From positions 1 through 64,000 of IMG/VR virus record IMGVR_UViG_3300025608_000017: a stretch of 64,000 bases of DNA, one strand, 5' to 3'. Both the position numbers and the translations under genes were made by a program. The notes below the pieces were generated by a model. It was not told the origin of the DNA and searched no databases. It saw only the letters and a list, made by a program, of their open reading frames with translations. Positions 44,353 through 53,700 of this stretch are shown piece by piece. The number at the start of each line of letters is the position of its first letter. Within the stretch, counting starts at the first letter, position 1. This stretch comes from a virus (Duplodnaviria > Caudoviricetes).

Positions 44353-47328
44353 TTATGCTGCTGCTGCAACTGTTACCCAAGCACCGCCTAGATATGCTAC
44401 TAATGTGTTCTTTGCGTTTGAAGCAGGATCCCATCCTGTTCCGTCTGCTACTGCTATCATACCGTTTACTGGATTAGCAGGTTCTGCATTCAATGGTGTT
44501 AATGTTAATGTATCACTAAACATTGCATAATTTGTAGCGTCTACCATTAGAGCACTGTCATCTGCAAACACACTACCTGTTACATCGCCTGCTAATGCAC
44601 CTGTATGATTGCCTTGTGCGCTGCCTACTAGAGTACCGTTAACTGTTGCATTGTGTATTGTTACTGCTTGGCTACGCGAACTTGATGTAGTACCAATCAC
44701 AACATCGCCTGCTGCACTAGTAGCATTAATTGCAATATTTGCCACGTCAGCAGGATTGCCTGGAGTAACTGGTTGAGTAGTTAACTCAATATAATTTATG
44801 CCAGCTTGATCCATTTGTATCTTGCTTAGTCCGGCATCATCTGTACCTGCGTTAATATTAATAAATCCATCAACATTTACTGTTAAATCGTCACTTGTGT
44901 GATTTTCAATAGTTGTCGCTTTAATAAGTGTACCAGATATATTAGCAGATACAATCGGACCAACAATTGTGCTTGACTGACCATCTATCAATACAGTACT
45001 GTCATCGCCTACTACGCTACCTTTTAAATCACCAGTAACGCCACCTTGCGCTGTGAGATTTGTAGTAATTGGTCCAAAAAATCTAATATCATCTGCTGTT
45101 AGATTAATTATTCTGTTTGTGCCGCCGGGTCCGATACTAATTGCATTGCCGTCGCCTGTAGCAGTAGTAATACTCATACTGTCGTCTGCTGTAATATTAC
45201 CTGATACTACAGCCGGCATTGCTACTGTACCGTTTATTGTTGTAGTACTGCCGCTATTACCAATTGTAATTGTTGTAGCATCGTCTTGTCCTATCGTAAG
45301 TGCTGTGTTGTCAATATTACCGTTAACATTGCCTGTTAATTCGCCTATAACATTACCAGTTAATAATGCGTTAAATGTTCCGTCTACTGTTGTAGTATTA
45401 CCTGCCTTACCGATAGTAACATCGCCAGTTGTAGCACCTGTGCCGATATTAACTGTGCCGGTTGCTGCACCATTAATATCTACTCCGGCAGTTGACGTAA
45501 TGTTAATGCCACTGTCGCCGACTGTTACATCCCCACTTGATGCGTCACCTAAACTAACTGTTCCGCCTGCACCTCTGTAGATGTTTAGTGCAGCACTGTC
45601 TCTACCTTGTACAGTAGTTGTAATTACTTCTATGTTTTCAACATCGCCTACTACTTTGCCTGCAACACCGTCTACAAGTACTGTACTATCATCTCCAAAT
45701 ACACTACCTGTTACATCACCGTCAAATGTACCTGTAACTTCTAAGTTGCCATCAACTTTTACTTTACCCACTGGTAACAATTCAATATCAGTTGTAACAC
45801 TTACAATTTGTACAAGACCATTGCCGCCCATTGTAAGTGTGCCAGTTGCAGTAACATTACCGTCTGTCATTACAAGATCATCAGTTGATACTGATAAACT
45901 TCCTACAACATAATTAGCCTCAAGTCTATTAGCAAGTAGAGTAGCGTCATCAGTAACTATCCACTTGCCACCAAAGTTTTCTGTCCATACTAATGATCTG
46001 TTTGGCGATGTTCCTCGCTCGATTTCAATACCTGAAGTAGTTAGCGTAACTCCTGCACCTGCTTCACCTTTGTTAAGTGTAATAACATTGTCAGTAATAT
46101 TTGTATTTGTAGTTTCGATGTTTGTAGTTGTACCTGTAACTGTTAAGTTACCTGCAATAGTAACATTGTTAAAGTTTGAAGTACCAGCTGCTGTTGTTAT
46201 GTTTCCGTCGAATGTTCCTTCATGTAGCCCTGTCCATGTACCATTTTGATAAACTTGCAATCTAGAAGTTGTAGTATTGTAAATTACATCGCCTTCTTGT
46301 GCAGCGATTGCTAGTTGATCGACTGCTGTAGTAGAAGAAAACTTGAACGGAACTCCGCCTTGTATTTTTACTCTGTTGCCTGCCGTAATAGCCAAGTCGG
46401 TGCTTGCTGTTAATTGTGCAATTCCAATTGCTTCGCTTAAATTAACAGCATCAGTACTAATATCATCTGTATTAACTGTTACAAAGTTTGCTTCATTGAA
46501 TGGGAATTCTTCCGTTCCTATTGCGCCGCCTTGTGCAAATTCTGGAGTTAGTGTGTCTAATAGTCTAGCAGTACCAATGCTTACTGTATTGCCATTAGTA
46601 GGAAGTATAACAATATCGTCGCCTTCGATATATCCTGTGGTTGCACCAAAATCTATATCGCCTACAATCTTACTTGCAACAGCATCTACTAATAGTGTAC
46701 TGTCATCGCCAAAAACACTGCCTTGTATATCTGTTACAAAAACACTGCCGTCGTCGAATAAACCGGATAGTTGTGCATCTAAATCAGCTTCTCTTAGATA
46801 TCCAATATCGTCTGTAAATTCTGATAAGAAAGTCGGTGCGCCTTCTAACGCTGCATAAGTTATTTTAGAAGTTTCTGCATTGAATACAATCTCTCCATTG
46901 TATCCTCGAAGGTTTCCTTTTAGCGTAGTAGCAACAATTTCATTAAATCTTGCCGCAAGTGAACCTACGTTACCTACGCCAGATTCACTTGGTACGATGC
47001 TAGTATCAACTGTAATAGTATCAATTTCGATATTGCCTAGGTCACTCAGAGGTCTATACTCTAATCCAGTACCATCAGCTTTTACTTTTACAAAGTAGTT
47101 TGGAGAGCCTATAAACGAACTAGGAGTGTCTGTTAAATCTGCAAATGCTTGTGCAACAAGTCTATTTCCAGCAACTCTAATATCAGCAGCATTGATTGTT
47201 CCTATTGCGGTAATATTCTGCACACCAACAATACTGTTGTCTGCAAGATTTAAATTATCCCCAGCTTGGATTTCTTTAATTTTATTGTTATCTGTAGTAT
47301 CAAGTACTAGGGGAAATCTATTTGCCAT
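44353..47328 (-). CDS. tail fibre-like structural protein with internal repeats
   Basis: 991 aa, Gly/Thr/Asp-rich; four GSV[FV][GA]DDS.L.VD repeats; late promoter at 47353-47359. Confidence 0.7.
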   Translation of the reverse strand: MANRFPLVLDTTDNNKIKEIQAGDNLNLADNSIVGVQNITAIGTINAADIRVAGNRLVAQAFADLTDTPSSFIGSPNYFVKVKADGTGLEYRPLSDLGNIEIDTITVDTSIVPSESGVGNVGSLAARFNEIVATTLKGNLRGYNGEIVFNAETSKITYAALEGAPTFLSEFTDDIGYLREADLDAQLSGLFDDGSVFVTDIQGSVFGDDSTLLVDAVASKIVGDIDFGATTGYIEGDDIVILPTNGNTVSIGTARLLDTLTPEFAQGGAIGTEEFPFNEANFVTVNTDDISTDAVNLSEAIGIAQLTASTDLAITAGNRVKIQGGVPFKFSSTTAVDQLAIAAQEGDVIYNTTTSRLQVYQNGTWTGLHEGTFDGNITTAAGTSNFNNVTIAGNLTVTGTTTNIETTNTNITDNVITLNKGEAGAGVTLTTSGIEIERGTSPNRSLVWTENFGGKWIVTDDATLLANRLEANYVVGSLSVSTDDLVMTDGNVTATGTLTMGGNGLVQIVSVTTDIELLPVGKVKVDGNLEVTGTFDGDVTGSVFGDDSTVLVDGVAGKVVGDVENIEVITTTVQGRDSAALNIYRGAGGTVSLGDASSGDVTVGDSGINITSTAGVDINGAATGTVNIGTGATTGDVTIGKAGNTTTVDGTFNALLTGNVIGELTGNVNGNIDNTALTIGQDDATTITIGNSGSTTTINGTVAMPAVVSGNITADDSMSITTATGDGNAISIGPGGTNRIINLTADDIRFFGPITTNLTAQGGVTGDLKGSVVGDDSTVLIDGQSSTIVGPIVSANISGTLIKATTIENHTSDDLTVNVDGFININAGTDDAGLSKIQMDQAGINYIELTTQPVTPGNPADVANIAINATSAAGDVVIGTTSSSRSQAVTIHNATVNGTLVGSAQGNHTGALAGDVTGSVFADDSALMVDATNYAMFSDTLTLTPLNAEPANPVNGMIAVADGTGWDPASNAKNTLVAYLGGAWVTVAAAA

Positions 47329-47352
47329 TCTTTAAAATCCTATTGTTATACA

Positions 47353-47359
47353 TATTTAT
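47353..47359 (-). promoter_or_regulatory. T4-type late promoter ATAAATA
   Basis: 25 nt upstream of start 47328. Confidence 0.6.
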
Positions 47360-47368
47360 CGTATCTCA

Positions 47369-47572
47369 TTAAAGTGCTGCGATCCTAGCCTGAAAGTCTG
47401 CAAAGCTTGTTGCAGCAGCTACTTCTGTTTGTAGTGTTGCTAAACTAATAAAAGCTTCGTCAGCGGTATACAACTCGTCGAAGTTGTCATTTGCTTTGTC
47501 AAATGCTGTGCGCAACGGATCGCCGTCACCTTTGTTTGCACTAGTACCTAGATTAATTGTTTGCTTTGCCAC
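47369..47572 (-). CDS. stand-alone gp9/gp10-like N-terminal domain miniprotein
   Basis: GTG start; INLGTSANKGDGDPLRTAFDKANDNFDELY. Confidence 0.65.
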   Translation of the reverse strand: MAKQTINLGTSANKGDGDPLRTAFDKANDNFDELYTADEAFISLATLQTEVAAATSFADFQARIAAL

Positions 47573-47705
47573 GGTCTGCCCCTTTGTTGACTTGTATTCT
47601 TAGTTTGCCCGCAGTAGCAACTACTTGTCTGCCTTGCGGATTTTTAGTGTCATTGCTGGCTTTTACGCCAGCTTTGATTAATTTGTCTACTGATTTTTTA
47701 TCCAT
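47553..47705 (-). CDS. small basic protein (50 aa)
   Basis: Manual: MDKKSVDKLIKAGVKAS...; TAATG overlap with the giant gene. Confidence 0.5.
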   Translation of the reverse strand: MDKKSVDKLIKAGVKASNDTKNPQGRQVVATAGKLRIQVNKGADRGKANN

Positions 47706-50700
47706 TAGTGTTTACCTACTACAACTTCAACTGTGCCTTTGTCACCGTCAAGTTTGTCTTCTAGTGCTTTACCAATTACACTGCCAACAGTTGGTGTATT
47801 GTTAACAATAGCATAACCTGGAACATTACTTGCTACAAGCATATCGCCTTTTGCAACTTTGCCAATTACATTACATGGTACACGCCCTTGTAGTGCTATT
47901 GCAACAACGTTGTCGCCTTCACAATGCGAGTTCATTAGGTGTGCTGGGTTAGTCGATACAACGCCTGCTACACGATGTGTACCGTGTGTTGTACTTTGTG
48001 TAACTTCAGCTGCGCCGCCAAACTCAATAACTGTGCCAGGAGTATACTCTGCATCAGCCAAGTAATTCTCTGCCAAGTCAGCGTAGTATGATTCAGTTGC
48101 AGTACCACGGAACAATGTTGCATAAACATCTTTGTACTTTTTAGTTGCACTACCAATGTCATATGTATTATCAGTATCAGGCACTATGCCTGTTGAGCTA
48201 AAGATAGCAGGTACAACACTTGATGCACTACCTGTGTCAGCAGTAACAATGCCTACTTGTCCAGCAGTAGTTTTACCAGTGTTAGCGCCAATTGCAATAG
48301 CTGTACTTGCAGCACCTTTTTCACCTGGTGCTTCAATAAAGCTTGAATAGATCCAGTCAACTCCAAGTACTTTCTCACCTGTAAAGTTTGAAGTACCTTG
48401 CAAAATACTTTCGCTAATACCAGTGCCGCCGATGCCTACACTGCCTTTTACCAACATATCTGGGTATGTAGGTGAGCCGCCGCCAGTGCCGCCCACTGCT
48501 GTAAATATCAAACCTTGTGATGGTGTTTTTACTTGTAATGTTAAACTATCTAAACTTAACACTTCGTAGCTACTATCACCGCCAAGTATTAAAGAGTTGA
48601 CCTGTATGGTACCTTCTTGATCTGTCTTTACAATACTATTGCCTTCTCCAGTAACACTTATGTTACTAATGCCATATGTGCCGTCACCTGTTTTGACCAG
48701 TGCTTCGCCTGCATCGCTGGCTGCTAATATTTCAGCAGTAAAGTCAGCATCTAATAATCCAGTGCCTTCATCTACAATTGTACTAAACGGTATTTCACTT
48801 ACTACTCCTGAGCCATCTGCACTTCTGCCTAAAACAGTATCAGTTGCAATATTTTCCAAGTCTATTAAACTAACACTGCCTGATTTAACAGTTACCCAAC
48901 CGTCTGTAACTTCAAACTTAGCATCATCAAAGCTTGCACTACCTAAGTCACTTTGACTAATGCCCGTAGCATCTACTCGTGTAGTTGCAGCATTTAAGTT
49001 TAGTTTACTTTGTGCAATTTGTGCTGTTCCTGATACATCAGCATTAACAACTGAACCTGTTGCAACAGACATGTTGATTTCAACTTGTCTACCATCTCCT
49101 GCTGTTCTAGTGGTGGTAATAACAACATCACTAGACTCTGCTGCAACACCATTTGCCCATTCATCAACTGGACCATCGAGAACATTGCCTTGCTTTCCGC
49201 CTGGTGCTGTGAGTACATCTGCTGCGGGGCCATCTGCAGGCTTGCCGTCACTGAATACTCCTGTTAAAGGTTCATATGTTATTTCAACAATATTCCCTTC
49301 AATTCCAACTAATCCATCTTTATAATCAACAACAGTGCCTGTTGCACCTGATATAGAACCAGTAATTACATCAGATACTGCAAACCCGCCGCCTAAAATA
49401 CTTCCGGCTTCTAAAATAAGTTTCTTATTTCCTGTTGAAACCAGCAATTGGTTAGCTGCAATATTATTATACTCAACACTACGCAAGTCTTTGATTTCAT
49501 CATTGCCTCCACGGCCTTCGTCAACATAAGATTTAGTTGCAGCATCTGCATCATTAACAGGAGTACCTAAGTTAGTAATAGTATTGCCTGCTGCGTTTAA
49601 GTCGTCTGTCATTGGTACAGCACCGTTAGGAGCAAGCACACCTGGCCCAAGTTTGTTAGCAACAGGAGCACCAGTTACATCGTAACCCAAACGTCTGTTA
49701 ACATAACCACGTACAGCACTTTCTGTTGGAACTGTATCCGAAGCGTTATCTACCATTGCTGTGTCTGTTGAGAACTCAGTAATAACAACACCACGTTTAA
49801 AGCCTAGTCCGTCTACATCACTAAGTGCAAGACTTGCACTAAATGTAACTGTACCAGTACCTTGGTCCACACTAAAGAATCTACCAACTCTAAAGATACC
49901 GTTTTGGTCTGTACTCACATAGAACACACGACCTTTGCCTTTTTCAATAACTTCGTTAGATTCTTTCTTTTCACCCGGTTCGCCAAAAATAACGTTCGGA
50001 TAGTTACTAGTATTAAATCCTCCTGTACCAATGTCTAAGAAATCGTGTCCTGTAGCACGACACGTACTAATGTTAACAGTAACACTACCAGTAGCGCCTG
50101 CTTTCAATCCTGCACGTAGAGTAACTAGTTCACTGCCTAATACAGTTGTACTTGCAATACCAGTTGCATCAGTTTGGTTAATAGTATCATAATCAACCAA
50201 ATCAACAATTGCATATATGTTATCTTCACCTGGCTCTTCGACTACATCTCCAGCACCAACTCCACGGTAGTTAAACACATAATGTTTCTTGCCGCCCCAA
50301 GTAATAATTGGAGAGTCTGTTGCTAAACTATCAGCAGTCCATCCAGCTGGTCTATTTCCTGTTGGAGTTCTAGCATTATTATTGAGTCTGAATATTTCGT
50401 TTTCGTCTGCTAGTTTAACAGCAAGCACAACATCGCCAACTGTATTACCTTTGGTAGTACCTGTGCCTGCCAGTGCAGTTTCCTGTGCTTTAGCAGGATC
50501 AATACTTAATCTAATAAAATCGTATGTACTATCAAGTCCAGCTTGTGAAGTGTTTTCAGGCAGATCGTTGCCGAGACTATCACTTGTTAAGAAACTGATT
50601 GATCTATAAACAAAGTCTGGATTTTCATCAAAGGTTAGTGCTGTACTTGGACGAATTGTTAATACATCGGGACGAGCCAAATCACTAATAATATGTGTTT

Positions 50701-53700
50701 GATTTCTGTAGTAAACAATACTGGTGTTAAATGGTACAATTTCTAGTAGACCGTTTGCACTAAATTGTGTGTCACTTGTACTAAAGTTTAGCTTATACAC
50801 TTTACCGCTATACATCGGTGTTGAACCTTCAACAGCAATAGTACCTGCGGCGCTTACTTCAGTAATTGCACCATCACCGTCAACATCATCAACTGTAACT
50901 GTACAATCGTTTGCTGGTGTCGCACCACCTAATTTATCACCTGTTACAACAAATGTATCGCCTACTGTATAGTTAACACCGTCATTTGCCCCAGCAAATT
51001 CTACACTATATCCTGCATCTATCGTTTTATACAAATTAAACACAAATCCAGTTGCAGCTGGATCTGTCTTAGTTGCAGTATAATCAGTTGTTTCTGCAAG
51101 TAAAGGATATTCCCCAATAATGTGAGTTACAAGTTCTGCGTTTGCAACTTCGTAACGTGCAAATGCTGGACGAGCAGGGTGATAAATGTTAACTTCTGAT
51201 CTGTTGCTCGGTACATCTTTCATATCATATACGTATACTGCCAGAGATTCTTTAGGATTATCATATCCATTAGCATCAACACTAACAGGAACACTATTTG
51301 CACCAAGTGCTCCACTAACACTACCAGTTATTTCATTAGTTGTATCAAATGCTCCTGTGATGCTTGTTAAATAAACTACATTACTGCCGCCTGTTGTACT
51401 TGTAGCAACAGCAACTTCACCAGTTGCTCCACTAAGTGCTTGTGTTAATGTTTCTCCTGCTTGTAGTACCAATGGTCCTGTTGTAAACAAGATTGCATCA
51501 ACATCAAATGCTTTAGCAGGTTGCGTCATATCTTCATACAGTGCAATCGAGTCTGGAATTTCGTTTGGATCTGATCCTTCTGCAACTAGGCCAAATTCGC
51601 CATAACAACTCGAACCTGTTAGTGATCTAATTTCAGCACCATTTTTTGAATAGTAACTAGCGTGACAGTAGTATGTGAACATACTAACCATTTCTGATAG
51701 AGCGCCGTTTGCAGCAACTAGACCGTAGCCTAAATCGTTAACCTGTGTAAAGTCGTTACCTAAGATACTTCTGTTACCAGCTGTTTGTAGTGTGATTGGC
51801 AATGGTGAGTCTATGCTCTGTAGAACACGATTAATAATTAATGCTCTATTAGAAATAACATCATTTGCTGCATCTGTTAGCTCTGCACTCACTGCAAGTG
51901 TTGTTAGATCTGGATTAACAACATCTGGCAAGCTATTCAAATTACCTGCTGTAACAACATTTTCAATAATTTGCAATAGTGCATCTAGTGCATTACCTTC
52001 TGTTGCTGTTGCTGCCGCTCCTGATGTATCTTGTACTTCTACGTTTCCAATTTGAGGAGTTGTAGTAGCGACACCGGTTGCATCTGTAATAACTGCTGCA
52101 ACTACTGTTGCTAGGTGATCATATGCTGCTGCTGTAGCAAGTCTCTGTGCTTCTGGTAACTGGGCTGCTGCACCATCTAAGTATGCCATAGCGTTAGTTA
52201 CTGTACCGCTGTTACCACCATAAAGAATATCATACGTTAACGCATCGACAATGTATCTTACATCTCTAGCACATTTAGTTTGATTGTATCCTGCTGGAGG
52301 AGTATTATTGTTTACAAATGCAACAACTTCAGCTGCTAAAAATGCTCTGTTGTTCTGTAGTCTTGTAGCAGCGTCATCTGCATCGGTTGTTGGAAGTGCC
52401 GCAGGAGAAGGGAAAGAAAGTGCATCTGCTACACCATCACCTGGCTCACTTACACTCTGTGTACCGTTATTGATAATATCAATAACTTCATCAAAGCCTG
52501 CATTTGATCTTGCTAATGCTGTTGCACTATCTGCTATTTCTGTAAGTGCTGCTACTTCAGTTTTACCTTTTGTAATGGCTTGTACAGTTTGTGTCTGTTG
52601 ATTATTTTGTACATACGAGCCTGTTGCTCTTTGATAAGCAAGTCCGTTGTACACACTATTATAGTTTGTGCCAAGTGCAACATCAAATGTAATCCCGTCT
52701 AAAATGTATCCAGTATCTCTAGCACACTTTACACTATCAAATTCAAAAGTACCAACTGAGTCTAAATCAACTCCGGTTGCTAATGTACTCGTAATACCGG
52801 TAAATCCTGTACCATTGTTTGAACTTGGGTCAAGAATTAGCTCTGCTGTTCCAGCATTTTTATCATAATTTGTTACAGCATTAACTTGAAAACGTCTACC
52901 GTCAATGTAGAAGGCACTTGGTGTTTCTGGACGTCTTACAAATAATCCCTGTGGCTCTGTCGGCGAGCCTAAACTTTGGATACTTAATCTAAATGCACTG
53001 CCGTCGACTTTTTCTGTAACTTGTACTGCTGAGTTACCAACAAACGCATCAACAAACAATCCTCCTCTAAACGCTTGCTTGTTAAGTGACTGTGAGAAAC
53101 TTGAACCAGTTTGGATGTATGGAGATTTAGTTAGTACCTGACCTTCAGGATCAAGTACACACATAAATCCGCCATGTCCTTGTACTGTAATATTACGCAC
53201 CATTGTTGCATCATTCATTAAGAACACATCCATGTCAATGTTATTCAATGGCGGATTATAATCTTCATTAAATGCAAATTTAACTGTGTCGATTAAGTTT
53301 TGTAGTACAACATCTGGTCCATCAATCACTCTCCAGAATTCTGCAATAGTTGCTGCATCAAATGCCGAGCCACTGATATGTTCTTTAGTAGGAGTATAAT
53401 ATGTAGTTACACCTAGTCCAGTTGTAAACTTAATTACATTGCCCAGTCTATAAGTTTCGCCACTTTCCCATGAATCAGGCTCGCCTGATCCGTTGAACAA
53501 GTCTGCTGCGTATAGTCTATTACTAGCATCGCCGCCTGCCTGATTATAAAGTGTAGTTGGATTTTCACCTAAGATCAACTTGCTTGCTATTGTATAGATA
53601 TGTTGAATGCCTGCAACAGTTTCATCTTCTGTACCTGCTTCAACTGCACCTGCATAGTATTCACCTTGTGCTTCTAGTGCAAACTCATTGCCGCCGTTGC

